A stretch of 64,000 nt of DNA from an uncultured Methylomirabilota bacterium (GCA_963845565.1 CAWJSJ010000002.1:2368001-2432000), one strand, 5' to 3'; numbered from the stretch's first letter, positions 23,327-33,314 are shown. Program-made: numbers and translations. Notes: generated from the sequence alone by a model not told the origin.

Positions 23327-23341
23327 TGGCACCGTAATTGC
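23327..23341 (+). promoter_or_regulatory. Sigma54 (-24/-12) promoter
   Basis: TGGCACCGTAATTGC matches TGGCAC-N5-TTGC exactly. Confidence 0.65.
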
Positions 23342-23533
23342 CCTGTATGAATCACGACGAAGAAGGGGGTTAGTCAATCCTGACCCCCGGTCGGCCCCAC
23401 CGGGCCCGCAGTCCTGGCCCTGACACGACACAGCGTGAAGGGGAGGGATCGGAGATGCGGGGAGGGCTCCTGGAGAAGGAGTCTCAGGGGCACTGTAACC
23501 CGGATCGTCATCCGGCAAGAAAGGAGGAGCATC

Positions 23534-23779
23534 ATGAAGTACGGTATCGCAATCACGCACCTGATCTTGGTGCTCACCGTGAGTGGCAGCCTGGCCTTCG
23601 CCGCGACGGAGGTTCCTCGGGTGCCGCCGAAAGGCACGGAGGGCCCGGACGTGCGCGCCAGGGTAGAGCCGAAGGGCCAGGAGGGGCCCGATGTCCGACG
23701 CATCCGTGAAACTGATTGCCACGGCGTGGAAGGGCCGGACGTTCGCCACAATGCCAGCGCCTCTTGTTTCACGCTGTAA
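23534..23779 (+). CDS. Small secreted protein with three GxEGPDVR repeats
   Basis: AAGGAGG SD, signal peptide ending AFA, repeats PKGTEGPDVR / PKGQEGPDVR / CHGVEGPDVR. Confidence 0.75.
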   Translation: MKYGIAITHLILVLTVSGSLAFAATEVPRVPPKGTEGPDVRARVEPKGQEGPDVRRIRETDCHGVEGPDVRHNASASCFTL

Positions 23780-23881
23780 GCCGTTGTCAACGAATTAGTT
23801 GAGCGGAGACATTCCGAAACGGCATAAGGAGCCGTAACGAAATAGAAAGAGATGTCTAGGTTATTTCGTAACGGCTCCTAA
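23777..23881 (+). repeat. Repeat family B copy 4, begins at the TAA stop
   Basis: taagccgttgtcaacgaattagttgagc...gttatttcgtaacggctcctaa. Confidence 0.9.
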
Positions 23882-24193
23882 GGGGCACCCTGCATAGTGG
23901 ATCCCACTGCTGACCGACCGGCCGGGGAGGCGCGGTAACCTCGTCATGACGCGACCGCCTCCCCGGCCTAGCCTCACGCCCAGTCCCCGGTTTCGCGCCC
24001 CAGCCGGTCCAGTGCTCTCTAATCGCGTACGGAGCAGGATGCCCTGGTGAGGGGCCCTGCGCATCTTGCGACTCCCGCTTCTCAAGTGGCTCTGTCGGGC
24101 GCCCCTCGCCGCCGGCTCGTATCAACCGCACAACCATCCGGTGGGGGGACGGTGTTTCCGGATGTTTCGAGATCTTTCCCCACAGGTTTTCTC

Positions 24194-24214
24194 TTGACAC
24201 GTGATAACGATCAC
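24194..24214 (+). promoter_or_regulatory. -35 box followed by a palindromic operator
   Basis: TTGACA then GTGAT-N4-ATCAC upstream of the SAF oxidoreductase. Confidence 0.45.
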
Positions 24215-24316
24215 AATTCTAATCACTATCGTCCGGCGAGCGTCTTGGACCGCTGCGCGGCTAGGCCGGTTTCATTCACACACTGCACGGCATTCACTCG
24301 CAAAGGAGAACCACTC

Positions 24317-25666
24317 ATGATCTCACCGAAGCTCCTCAAGCGCCACGCGGCCGGCAACCCGATCAAGGTCGGCTGGGTGGGGGCCGGCCGCATGATCACC
24401 GGGGCGATCTGCCAGACGGCGCTCATGAAAGGGATGCGCAACGCCGTGATCTGTGACATCCGCCCGGAGGTCGCTATCCGGGCGTATGAGATCAACGGCG
24501 TGAAGAAGCAGGACATCGTGTTCTCGGAACAGCTGGGCCCGATCAACGACGCGCTGCGGGCCGGGAAGCCGGTGATCACCCAGGACAGCCACCTGATGCC
24601 CGCCCTGGAGGTGGACTGCGTGGTGGAGGGGACGGGCGTCCCCGAGGTGGGGGCGAGCGTGGCCTATCGCTGCATCCAGGGCGGGAAGCACATCATCATG
24701 CTGAACGTCGAGGCGGACGTGGTGATCGGCCCGATCCTGCACCAGATGGCGGAGCGGGCCGGCGTGGTCTATTCCGTGTCGAGCGGCGACGAGCCCGGCC
24801 TGATCACCGAGCTGGTGGACCGCTGGGGCGGCCTGGGGTTCGAGATCGTGGCGGTGGGCAAGACGCCGGCCAGCCTGGGGAAGCTGGATCTGTACTGCAC
24901 CCCCGACACGCTCGCCGCCGAGGCCAAGCAGCTCAACGTCAACCCCCACTTCTTGGTGACGTTCCGGGATGCGACCAAGACCGCCATCGAGATGTCCTGC
25001 ATCGCCAACGCCACCGGGCTCATCCCCGACGTGCGGGGAATGCACGGGCCGGTGGCCGGCATCTACGAGATGGCCAATGTCTTCCGACTCAAGGCCGAGG
25101 GCGGCCTCCTCAACAACCGGGGCGTGGTGGACTACGCGCGGCCCCTCAAGAACGCCGACGGCTCCATCGACTACCTGCGCAGCGTGACCCCCGGGGTGTT
25201 CGTCGTCGTCCGGGCCACCCACCCCCAGATCCAGCAGGACCTCGGGTATTTCGACGTCGTGCACACCGGCGAGTACTTCACGTTCCACACCCCCTACCAC
25301 CTGGTCACCAACGAGATCCCGCTGTCCATCGTCTGGGCCGTCGAGGATGGGGAGCCGACGGTGGTGCCGCGGCACGGGTTGCTGGCGGAGGTCCTGGGCG
25401 CCGCCAAGGCCGACCTGAAGGCGGGCACCATCCTGGATGGCGGCGGCGGCTTCACGCTCTACGGGGTGAACGACCTGGCCTGCGTGGCCAAGCGGGAGGG
25501 GTGCGTCCCCTTGGGCCTGCTCGACGGGGCCACGCTGCGCACCGCCGTCAAGAAAGATCAGGTCATCACCCACGACATGGTGCAGCTCCAGACGGAGACG
25601 ATGCTCTACCACCTGCGGCGGATCCAGGACGAGGTGCTGCCGCCGACGGACGTCAGCCGGAGCTGA
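24317..25666 (+). CDS. NAD(P)-dependent oxidoreductase with C-terminal SAF domain (homoserine dehydrogenase-like)
   Basis: VGWVGAG Rossmann motif, LNVEADVVIGP, GDEPG, DATKTAIEM, LDGGGG, VPLGL. Confidence 0.85.
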   Translation: MISPKLLKRHAAGNPIKVGWVGAGRMITGAICQTALMKGMRNAVICDIRPEVAIRAYEINGVKKQDIVFSEQLGPINDALRAGKPVITQDSHLMPALEVDCVVEGTGVPEVGASVAYRCIQGGKHIIMLNVEADVVIGPILHQMAERAGVVYSVSSGDEPGLITELVDRWGGLGFEIVAVGKTPASLGKLDLYCTPDTLAAEAKQLNVNPHFLVTFRDATKTAIEMSCIANATGLIPDVRGMHGPVAGIYEMANVFRLKAEGGLLNNRGVVDYARPLKNADGSIDYLRSVTPGVFVVVRATHPQIQQDLGYFDVVHTGEYFTFHTPYHLVTNEIPLSIVWAVEDGEPTVVPRHGLLAEVLGAAKADLKAGTILDGGGGFTLYGVNDLACVAKREGCVPLGLLDGATLRTAVKKDQVITHDMVQLQTETMLYHLRRIQDEVLPPTDVSRS

Positions 25667-25759
25667 GGATCGGCGGCGCCCCGACCTTGACAACCGCAAT
25701 GTCGTCATCTACTCAATGAAAGGAGGAGCGAGCGGAATCGAGATTTGATGGGCCCCCGT

Positions 25760-25865
25760 TAAGCCGTTCTCAAAGAATAACTTGACCGGAGACATTTCGG
25801 GAACGGCATAAGGAGCCGTAACGAAATTACAACAAATGGACAAGTTATTTCGTAACGGCTCCTGA
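25760..25865 (+). repeat. Repeat family B copy 5
   Basis: taagccgttctcaaagaataacttgacc...gttatttcgtaacggctcctga. Confidence 0.9.
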
Positions 25866-25937
25866 GATGCCATGCTCCCCGCGGGGTTTGGTGTTCCGGT
25901 TCCCGCAGAAGCAGGCCTCGAGACGGGTGGAGGTTCT

Positions 25938-26231
25938 ATGGAGGTCGAGTCGGCGGATTCCCAGGATGCGATCCGGACGCGCCTCCAGCGCCGGGTGGCG
26001 CTGATGGTGGAGCATGTCCAGGCGATCGAGGGGCTCCTCGATGGGCTGCAGACGGCGCTGCAGGATCCGGCCACCTCCTCGCTCGGTCAGGTCCATGTCA
26101 AGGCGCTTCAGGACGTGTCGGATATCCTGCGCGAATGTCAGCAACTCGCCTTCTCCAACGCCTCGGACATCATCCGGGACACGGAGGAAGACTCCCGACG
26201 ATCGGACGCCGGCTCTCCCGGCGGGGATTGA
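25938..26231 (+). CDS. Hypothetical helical protein
   Basis: GGAGG SD; coding-like composition. Confidence 0.5.
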   Translation: MEVESADSQDAIRTRLQRRVALMVEHVQAIEGLLDGLQTALQDPATSSLGQVHVKALQDVSDILRECQQLAFSNASDIIRDTEEDSRRSDAGSPGGD

Positions 26232-26410
26232 GGTCCCGGCGTGCGACTCGCGAAGCGTCGCCGCCGTGTTCCCGCGGTTTCCCGCCCTTTCTGTCTCCTT
26301 GCCAATCCCGGCGCATCTCACTAGAATACCATCGGTGCGAGCTATTGACGCGGCTTCCAGGGCTGATGGTTCGTTTCGTCTCCCGTTGCCACATCAGGGG
26401 TAGGTGACGC

Positions 26411-27121
26411 ATGGAGCAGGTGCTCAATGAGTTCGTGGGGGAGGTGCAGTATCTGTACGGGAGCGACCTCGTCGCCGTCTTCCTGTACGGAAGCGCGGTC
26501 ACCGGCGAGCACGTTCCGGGGCGCTCAGATATCAACGTGGCGGTCCTCCTCGCCGAGGTCACCGCGGCGGCGCTGCGCAAGGCATCCGGGAAGCTCCGCG
26601 GTTGGGCCCGCCAGGGATTCGCCACGCCCGTGTTCTTCGATGTGGAGTTCCTGCGCGACGCGCTGGACGTCTTTCCCATCGAGCTCCTCGACATGCAAGA
26701 GCGCCACCGGATGCTCTGCGGACCGGACGTTTTGGCCGGGCTGCAGATCGAGGTCGGAGCGCTGCGCCGCCAGTGCGAGCAGGAACTGCGCGGGACGCTG
26801 CTCAAGCTCCGGCAGGCGTACCTCGAATCCTCCCCATCCCCGAAGGACCTGCAGATCGTCCTCACCGCGGCGGCGAGCGGCTTGGTCGTGTTGGCCCGGA
26901 CGCTTCTGCACTTGGCGCGGGCGGATGAGAGCGGCGGCACCGAGGCGGTGTTCCGGCGAGTCGAAACCCAGTTCGGCGTCCGCGTGGCGCACCTCCGCAA
27001 GGCGTGGCAGCTCAAGCGCGGCGAGGCGCGCGTGACGGGATCGGAGATTGATCTGCTGTACCAAGGCGTGCTGGAGGAATTTCAGCACCTCGTGCGGGTG
27101 GCGAATGCGCTCCCGGCGTAG
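26411..27121 (+). CDS. Nucleotidyltransferase domain protein (LemA/TPM cluster)
   Basis: VFLYGSAVTG..SDIN, DVFPIELLDM. Confidence 0.85.
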   Translation: MEQVLNEFVGEVQYLYGSDLVAVFLYGSAVTGEHVPGRSDINVAVLLAEVTAAALRKASGKLRGWARQGFATPVFFDVEFLRDALDVFPIELLDMQERHRMLCGPDVLAGLQIEVGALRRQCEQELRGTLLKLRQAYLESSPSPKDLQIVLTAAASGLVVLARTLLHLARADESGGTEAVFRRVETQFGVRVAHLRKAWQLKRGEARVTGSEIDLLYQGVLEEFQHLVRVANALPA

Positions 27122-27956
27122 CCTCGCGCTCTGGGCGGCGTTCTTGGTCCTGGCGGCGCTGGTAGCGGGCGGGCACGCTACCGCGGCCGAGATCCCATCA
27201 CCCGAGGGTCCGGTCACCGATCGGGCCGGCGTGCTCGGTCAAGACGTCCGCCAACGACTGGTCCGGATCATCGAGCAGGTCCGGGGACGAACCGGGGCCG
27301 AGATCGCGGTCCTGGTGGTGCCCTCCACGGCACCGGATTCGATCGAGGACTACTCGATTGCGGTCTTCGACCGCTGGAAGATCGGCCAGCAGGGGAAGGA
27401 TAACGGGGTCTTGTTCCTGGTGGCGGTTCAGGACCGGCGGATGCGGATCACCACCGGTTACGGCCTCGAGGGTATCCTGCCCGACGGTAAGGTCGGGGAG
27501 ATCCGGGATCGGGCCGTCATTCCCCTGTTTCGGGCCGGCCGGTACGCCGACGGGATCGTGCAGGGAACCGAGGCGCTGGCGGCGGCGATTCTCGGTCAGG
27601 CGGGCGGAACGCCCGGATCGGGGGCGCAGGCCAAACCTCGGCAGCGCGCGGGCCAGGTCGGGTTTCGATGGACCGGCGTTCTGTTGGTGGTATTCGTCCT
27701 GCTGATTCTCGTCGCTGTCGCCGTCTCTGCGGCGGACCGACGTGCCGCCTCGGGCGGCCGCGGGGTCGGCAGGCGGCGAACCGGCTGGCTGCCATGGGGG
27801 ATCGGAGGCGGCGTGGGCGGCGGCTACGGGGCGTGGTCGGGTGGCCGGCACGGCGGCTGGTCCGGCACAGGATTCGGCGGAGGGTTCGGGGGCGGGGGAT
27901 TTGGCGGTTTCGGCGGGGGCGGATCGGGTGGCGGCGGAGCGGGCGGATCGTGGTAG
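27105..27956 (+). CDS. TPM domain membrane protein with Gly-rich tail
   Basis: VTDRAGVL, WKIGQQGKDNGVLFLVA, GYGLEGILPD, GGGGSGGGGAGGSW. Confidence 0.9.
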   Translation: MRSRRSLALWAAFLVLAALVAGGHATAAEIPSPEGPVTDRAGVLGQDVRQRLVRIIEQVRGRTGAEIAVLVVPSTAPDSIEDYSIAVFDRWKIGQQGKDNGVLFLVAVQDRRMRITTGYGLEGILPDGKVGEIRDRAVIPLFRAGRYADGIVQGTEALAAAILGQAGGTPGSGAQAKPRQRAGQVGFRWTGVLLVVFVLLILVAVAVSAADRRAASGGRGVGRRRTGWLPWGIGGGVGGGYGAWSGGRHGGWSGTGFGGGFGGGGFGGFGGGGSGGGGAGGSW

Positions 27957-27995
27957 GGTGCGGTATCGACTGAAACCGAAAAGGAGCGAGTGCGC

Positions 27996-28562
27996 ATGAA
28001 ACCAGTGTGGATTGTCTTGGGGGTTATCGCCCTGCTCGTCGTCGGGATCGGGGGTTTGACCGCCTCGAAATGGAACCAGCTGGTCGCCATGGATACCGAC
28101 ATCAAGGCCAAGTGGGCCCAGGTGGACAACCAACTCCAGCGACGGGCCGACCTCATTCCTAATCTCATCGAGACGGTGAAAGGCTTTGCGGGTCAGGAGC
28201 GCGCGGTGATCGACTCCGTGACCGCCGCCCGGGCGAAACTGGCCGGCGCGGGGAGCGTGCCCGACAAGATCGCGGCCTCCAACGACCTGTCCGGGGCCCT
28301 TTCCCGGCTGCTGCTGGTGGTGGAGAATTACCCAAACCTGAAGTCCGACGCCACGTTCGCCCGATTGATGGATGAACTTGCCGGGACCGAGAACCGCCTG
28401 TCGGTGGAGCGCAAACGGTACAACGACGCCGTCCAGGTCTACAATGTGGCGGTCAAGCAGTTCCCAGGAAACCTGATGGCCGGCCTGCTGGGGTTCCGGG
28501 AGCAGGCGTTCTTCGAGGTGCCGGCAGCGGCACGGCAGGTGCCGCAAGTGAAGTTTCCTTAG
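27996..28562 (+). CDS. lemA: LemA family protein
   Basis: WAQVDNQLQRRADLIPNL, VENYPNLK, ELAGTENR. Confidence 0.93.
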   Translation: MKPVWIVLGVIALLVVGIGGLTASKWNQLVAMDTDIKAKWAQVDNQLQRRADLIPNLIETVKGFAGQERAVIDSVTAARAKLAGAGSVPDKIAASNDLSGALSRLLLVVENYPNLKSDATFARLMDELAGTENRLSVERKRYNDAVQVYNVAVKQFPGNLMAGLLGFREQAFFEVPAAARQVPQVKFP

Positions 28563-28709
28563 ACCGGACGTCCGAGAGTCGGGGATGGCTGCGGGGCTCG
28601 GCAACGGATCGCAGGGCCCGCAAGGGCTTTTTCCCTTGACACTTCTGGGCATTCGAGTATAAATATCCGTCGCTTTGTATACCAATTCCGTCTGTGCCGG
28701 ACTGAGCGA

Positions 28710-28784
28710 GGGCGCGTAGCTCAGGGGGAGAGCGCTTGCTTGACACGCAAGAGGTCGGTGGTTCGATACCACCCGTGCCCACCA
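28710..28784 (+). tRNA. tRNA-Val(GAC)
   Basis: Cloverleaf, anticodon GAC, CCA; TTGACA/TATAAA promoter at 28636-28663. Confidence 0.95.
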
Positions 28785-28821
28785 CGTTACATCCTGTGAT
28801 GGAATAATAATGTGTGGCCTA

Positions 28822-28860
28822 AGCATCACGATGGAAGTGGTGTCGTGATGCTCTTTTCTT
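28822..28860 (+). terminator. Intrinsic terminator after tRNA-Val
   Basis: agcatcacgat...gtcgtgatgct followed by cttttctt. Confidence 0.65.
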
Positions 28861-28888
28861 CTGTGATGACATACGTTTGTGATGACAC

Positions 28889-30886
28889 ATGTCTGACGCC
28901 GAACTGATTCTCGTCGACGGCCGTCGGGTCCGGGTTCCGGCCGGGCAGCCCCTGGCTGGTCCCTTGTCCGCACTGGGGCCGGACGCGGTGCGGGGCGCCG
29001 TGGCGGCTGCCTGCGACGGCCAGTTTCTGGATTTCATGACCCCGGTTCCGGCGGGCGCCGTACTCACCCTGGTGCCGGCGGATTCGCCCGAGGGTCTCCG
29101 GATCGTGCGGCACAGTACCGCCCACCTGATGGCATCGGCCGTCCAGGCCTTGTTTCCGGAGGCGAAGTTCGCCATCGGGCCGGCCATCGACGACGGGTTT
29201 TATTACGACATGGAACTCCCGCGGGCTCTCGCCCCCGAGGACCTGCAGGCCATCGAGGCCAAGATGCGGGACCTAGGCTCGACGGCGATCCCCTTCGAGC
29301 GCCGGGAGATGGACATGCCTGCGGCCCTCGCCTGGGCCCGCGATACGCAGCAACCCTACAAGGTTGAGATCCTGGAGGCGCTGCGGGACCACGGGACGAG
29401 TAGAGCCGAAAGCCGAGAGCCGAGAGCTGAAATCGACGAGCTGGCAAGCGAGGCGACGCCGGGAGCGGGGTCGGCGAGCTTCTATCGGACGGGGGCATTC
29501 ACCGATCTGTGTCGCGGTCCCCACGTGCCGGACACCTCGTGGCTGACGGCGTTTCGCCTCACGCACCTGGCCGGGGCCTATTGGCGCGGAGACGAGCGGC
29601 GCCCGATGCTGCAGCGTATCTACGGGACGGCGTTTCCGACGCAGCAGGCGCTCGAGGATCACCTCGCCCGGCTGGAAGAGGCGCGGCGCCGGGACCACCG
29701 CCGGCTGGGGCAGGATCTGGAGTTGTTCAGCATCGTCGACGAGGTGGGCGGCGGCTTGGTTCTCTGGCATCCCAAGGGCGGGATGGTTCGCAAGCTGATC
29801 GAGGACTTCTGGCGGGACGAACACCTCAAGAACGGGTACGACCTCGTCTACAGCCCCCACGTGGGGCGCGCCAAGCTGTGGCAGACCAGCGGGCACCTGG
29901 ACTTCTACCAGGAGATGATGTACCCCCGGATGGAGCGGGAAGGGAACGACTACTACCTCAAGCCCATGAACTGCCCGTTCCACATCATGATGTACCAATC
30001 GCGGGTGCGGAGCTATCGGGAACTCCCGCTCCGATTCGCTGAGCTGGGGACCGTCTATCGGTTCGAGCGGGCCGGCGTGCTCCACGGATTGATGCGGGTT
30101 CGGGGCTTCACGCAGGACGATGCGCACTTGTTCTGCACGCCGGAGCAGATGGACGAGGAGATCACCCGGACGGTGCAGTTCAGCCTGTTCTTCCTGCGGA
30201 CGTTCGGGTTCACCAACTACGAGCTCTACGTCGCGACCCGACCGGACAAGTACGTCGGGGATCTGGCGGCGTGGGATGCGGCGACGGAGGCCCTGACGCG
30301 GGCGGCGGAACGCGCCGGGCAGACGTACACCATCGACCCGGGCGGCGGCGCGTTCTACGGGCCGAAGATCGACATCAAGGTCAAGGACGCGCTGGGGCGT
30401 CCCTGGCAGTGCACCACCGTCCAGTTCGACTTCAACCTGCCCGAGCGGTTCGGCATCAGTTACGTGGGCGAGGACAATCGCCCACATCGGCCCTTCATGG
30501 TCCACCGGGCTCTCCTGGGGTCCTTGGAGCGGTTCCTGGGCGTCCTCATCGAGCACTACGGCGGCGCCTTCCCGGTGTGGCTCGCCCCGGTCCAGGTTCG
30601 GATTCTGCCCGTGGCGGATCGCCATCGCGTCTACGCGCAGAGCGTGTGCGACCGATTGCGTGCGGCGGGCCTGCGCGGTGAAGTGGACGTCCGGAGCGAG
30701 AAGATCGGCTTCAAGATCCGCGACGCGGAGGTCCAGAAGATTCCGTATATCCTCGTGGTGGGCGATAAAGAGACGACAGCGGGCACAGTGTCGGTCCGTC
30801 AGCGGGGCGGCCAGGATCGCGGCGTGATGCCCCTGGCGGACCTAGTCCAGTCCGTGTCTGCTGAGAACGCGCCGCAGATCGCCTGA
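28889..30886 (+). CDS. thrS: Threonine--tRNA ligase
   Basis: RHSTAHLMA, DLCRGPH, KPMNCPFH, RVRGFTQDDAH, AFYGPKID. Confidence 0.97.
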   Translation: MSDAELILVDGRRVRVPAGQPLAGPLSALGPDAVRGAVAAACDGQFLDFMTPVPAGAVLTLVPADSPEGLRIVRHSTAHLMASAVQALFPEAKFAIGPAIDDGFYYDMELPRALAPEDLQAIEAKMRDLGSTAIPFERREMDMPAALAWARDTQQPYKVEILEALRDHGTSRAESREPRAEIDELASEATPGAGSASFYRTGAFTDLCRGPHVPDTSWLTAFRLTHLAGAYWRGDERRPMLQRIYGTAFPTQQALEDHLARLEEARRRDHRRLGQDLELFSIVDEVGGGLVLWHPKGGMVRKLIEDFWRDEHLKNGYDLVYSPHVGRAKLWQTSGHLDFYQEMMYPRMEREGNDYYLKPMNCPFHIMMYQSRVRSYRELPLRFAELGTVYRFERAGVLHGLMRVRGFTQDDAHLFCTPEQMDEEITRTVQFSLFFLRTFGFTNYELYVATRPDKYVGDLAAWDAATEALTRAAERAGQTYTIDPGGGAFYGPKIDIKVKDALGRPWQCTTVQFDFNLPERFGISYVGEDNRPHRPFMVHRALLGSLERFLGVLIEHYGGAFPVWLAPVQVRILPVADRHRVYAQSVCDRLRAAGLRGEVDVRSEKIGFKIRDAEVQKIPYILVVGDKETTAGTVSVRQRGGQDRGVMPLADLVQSVSAENAPQIA

Positions 30887-30922
30887 ACCGGCGGTCGCCG
30901 ACCGCGGCGGGAGGTAGCCTCC

Positions 30923-31435
30923 ATAAGTAAGGGCCTGCGCGTCAACGATCGGATTCGCATCAAAGAAGTCCGCGTGATCGCTCCGGACGGGAGTCAGCTC
31001 GGCATCCTTCCGACCGAGCAGGCGCTGCAGACCGCGTACTCGCAGAACCTCGACCTGGTCGAGGTGGCCCCCGAGGCGCGGCCGCCGGTCTGCCGGATCA
31101 TGGACTACGGCAAGTTCCGGTACGAGCAGAGCAAGAAGGCGAGGGAGGCCAAGAAGAAGCAGACGGTGATCGAGCTGAAGGAGATCAAGCTCCGCCCCAA
31201 GACGGAGGAGCACGATTTCCAGTTCAAGGCCCGCCACGCCGAGCGGTTCCTGCAGGAGGGGAACAAGGCGAAAATCACCATGATGTTCCGGGGACGCGAG
31301 ATGGCCCGTATGGATCGGGGCCGGGTGATCCTGGACCGGTTCGTGGAGACACTGAAGGAAGTGTGCGTCGTGGAGCAGGCCCCCAAGGTCGAGGGCCGGA
31401 ACATGACGCTGATCCTGGCACCGAAGCAGAAGTGA
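30923..31435 (+). CDS. infC: Translation initiation factor IF-3 (ATA start codon)
   Basis: GGAGG SD then ATA AGT AAG GGC CTG CGC GTC AAC, in frame with DLVEVAP..PPVCRIMDYGKF. Confidence 0.93.
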   Translation: MSKGLRVNDRIRIKEVRVIAPDGSQLGILPTEQALQTAYSQNLDLVEVAPEARPPVCRIMDYGKFRYEQSKKAREAKKKQTVIELKEIKLRPKTEEHDFQFKARHAERFLQEGNKAKITMMFRGREMARMDRGRVILDRFVETLKEVCVVEQAPKVEGRNMTLILAPKQK

Positions 31436-31552
31436 CTCGGTGCGCTCGTCCATCGCCAACGTGACGCGCCGCGCGCGGGCGGGTGACGATCGGCCGGCGG
31501 ATATTTTCACGCGGCAGTTACGGGCCGCGTCATCGCAAGGAGAGGACCAGTC

Positions 31553-31750
31553 ATGCCCAAGATGAAGAGTAACCGAGGGGCGACCAAGCGGTTTCGCACC
31601 ACCGGCACCGGAAAGATTCGCCGTGCCCATGCCTGCAAGGGCCATCTGTTGACCGGGAAGTCGACCAAGCGGATGCGAGGCCTCCGGAAGGGGACGCTGG
31701 TGGACAAGGCGGATGTGAAGCGGATGCGGGTGCTCGCGCCCTATATTTGA
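31553..31750 (+). CDS. rpmI: 50S ribosomal protein L35
   Basis: [14 protein letters not shown]. Confidence 0.96.
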   Translation: MPKMKSNRGATKRFRTTGTGKIRRAHACKGHLLTGKSTKRMRGLRKGTLVDKADVKRMRVLAPYI

Positions 31751-31854
31751 TTTGATCAGTCGGCGACGGCGGCTGACGCACCGCTCGCGGGCGATGGGGC
31801 CTGATGAGTTATGCGTCATGCGCCGCGGGCTTTACGTGAGGAGGAGTCGTAGTC

Positions 31855-32214
31855 ATGCCACGCGCAAAAGGTGGATTCAAGACGCGCCATCGGCGCAATC
31901 GAGTGTTGAAGCAGGCCGAGGGATACTTCGGCAAGCGGAAGAACTGTTTCCGCAGCGCGCAGGAAGCGGTGGACCGGGCGCTGGCCTACAGCTACCGGGA
32001 CCGTCGCAATCGCAAGCGCGAATTCCGGAATCTGTGGATCATTCGCATCAACGCGGCGGCCCGAATGGCCGGGCTGTCCTATAGCCAGCTGATGGGCGGG
32101 CTGCGCAAGGCGGGTGTCGCACTTGACCGGAAGGTCCTGGCCGATCTGGCGGTGCGCGACGCCTCGGCGTTCGGCGCCCTCGCGGCCCTGGCGAAGGGGC
32201 AGGCCGCAGCCTAG
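31855..32214 (+). CDS. rplT: 50S ribosomal protein L20
   Basis: [24 protein letters not shown]. Confidence 0.97.
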   Translation: MPRAKGGFKTRHRRNRVLKQAEGYFGKRKNCFRSAQEAVDRALAYSYRDRRNRKREFRNLWIIRINAAARMAGLSYSQLMGGLRKAGVALDRKVLADLAVRDASAFGALAALAKGQAAA

Positions 32215-32237
32215 CTCGGATCGCGACCCTCGATGCC

Positions 32238-32268
32238 GCGCCCCGAGTCATTCGGGGCGCTCTTTTTT
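32238..32268 (+). terminator. Intrinsic terminator-like hairpin between rplT and pheS
   Basis: gcgccccga...tcggggcgc followed by tctttttt. Confidence 0.65.
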
Positions 32269-32279
32269 GTGGGGGACGG

Positions 32280-33314
32280 ATGAGTGATCTTGCGCAGGCT
32301 CTAGCCTCCCTGGAAGCGGCGGCCCAGGCGGACCTGGCAGCGGCGGCGGACGTGTCGGCCGCGGACGCGGTCCGGATCCGGTACCTGGGTCGAAAAGGCT
32401 CCCTGGCGGCGATTCTCCGCGGCTTGGGCGGGCTCGACGCGGCGGAGCGGCCGCTGGCGGGCAAGCTGGCCAACGAGGTCAAGACCCGGGTGGAGGCGGC
32501 GATCGACGCTCGGCGCGACGATCTGGTGGCCGCGGCGCAGGCCGCGGCGCTGGCGGCGGACCGGCTGGATGTCACTCTGCCGGGGCAGCCGGTGGCCATG
32601 GGGCGCCTGCACCCGAGCACGCAGGTGCTCCGGCGCATCTGCCAGATCTGGATGAACATGGGATTCCAGATCTACCGCAGTCGGGACGTCGAGAGCGACG
32701 AGTTGAATTTCGAACTGCTGAACATCCCCGCGCATCACCCGGCGCGGGACATGTGGGATACCTTCTACACGGAGACCGAGGGCGTCCTGCTCCGCACGCA
32801 CACCTCCCCGGGACAGATCCACGCCATGCGGGAATTTCATCCCGAGCCGATCCGCGTCATTCTGCCGGGGATGTGCTACCGGTACGAGCAGATCACCGCA
32901 CGCTCGGAGATCCAGTTCCACCAGGTCGAGGGGTTGGCCGTCGGTCGGCACATCACGATGACCGACCTCAAGGGCACCTTGATCAGCTTCGCCCACCGGA
33001 TGTTCGGTGCGAACCGGAAGGTGCGCTTCCGCGCCAGCTACTTCCCGTTCACCGAGCCCAGCGCCGAGATGGACGTGGAATGCCTCCTCTGCGGCGGAAG
33101 CGGCTGCGGGATCTGCAAGCAGAGCGGCTGGCTGGAGATATTGGGGTGCGGTATGGTGCATCCCCGGGTGCTGCAGAACGGCGGCTACGATCCCGCCGTC
33201 TTCTCCGGGTTCGCCTTCGGCATGGGCCCTGAACGGATCACCATGCTGCTCCACCGGATCGATGACATTCGATTCTTCTGGGGCAACGACCTCCGCTTCC
33301 TGGAGCAGTTCTAG
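32280..33314 (+). CDS. pheS: Phenylalanine--tRNA ligase alpha subunit
   Basis: HHPARDMWDTF, LLRTHTSP, FHQVEG, YFPFTEPS. Confidence 0.97.
   Translation: MSDLAQALASLEAAAQADLAAAADVSAADAVRIRYLGRKGSLAAILRGLGGLDAAERPLAGKLANEVKTRVEAAIDARRDDLVAAAQAAALAADRLDVTLPGQPVAMGRLHPSTQVLRRICQIWMNMGFQIYRSRDVESDELNFELLNIPAHHPARDMWDTFYTETEGVLLRTHTSPGQIHAMREFHPEPIRVILPGMCYRYEQITARSEIQFHQVEGLAVGRHITMTDLKGTLISFAHRMFGANRKVRFRASYFPFTEPSAEMDVECLLCGGSGCGICKQSGWLEILGCGMVHPRVLQNGGYDPAVFSGFAFGMGPERITMLLHRIDDIRFFWGNDLRFLEQF

Noticed and set aside
23440..23520. Riboswitch in the leader of the GPDVR peptide gene
   Set aside because: Only fragmentary resemblance (TCTCAGG) to a glycine aptamer; no full fold could be supported
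16957..26400. Prophage or integrative element at the tRNA genes
   Set aside because: No integrase, phage structural genes or att duplication found
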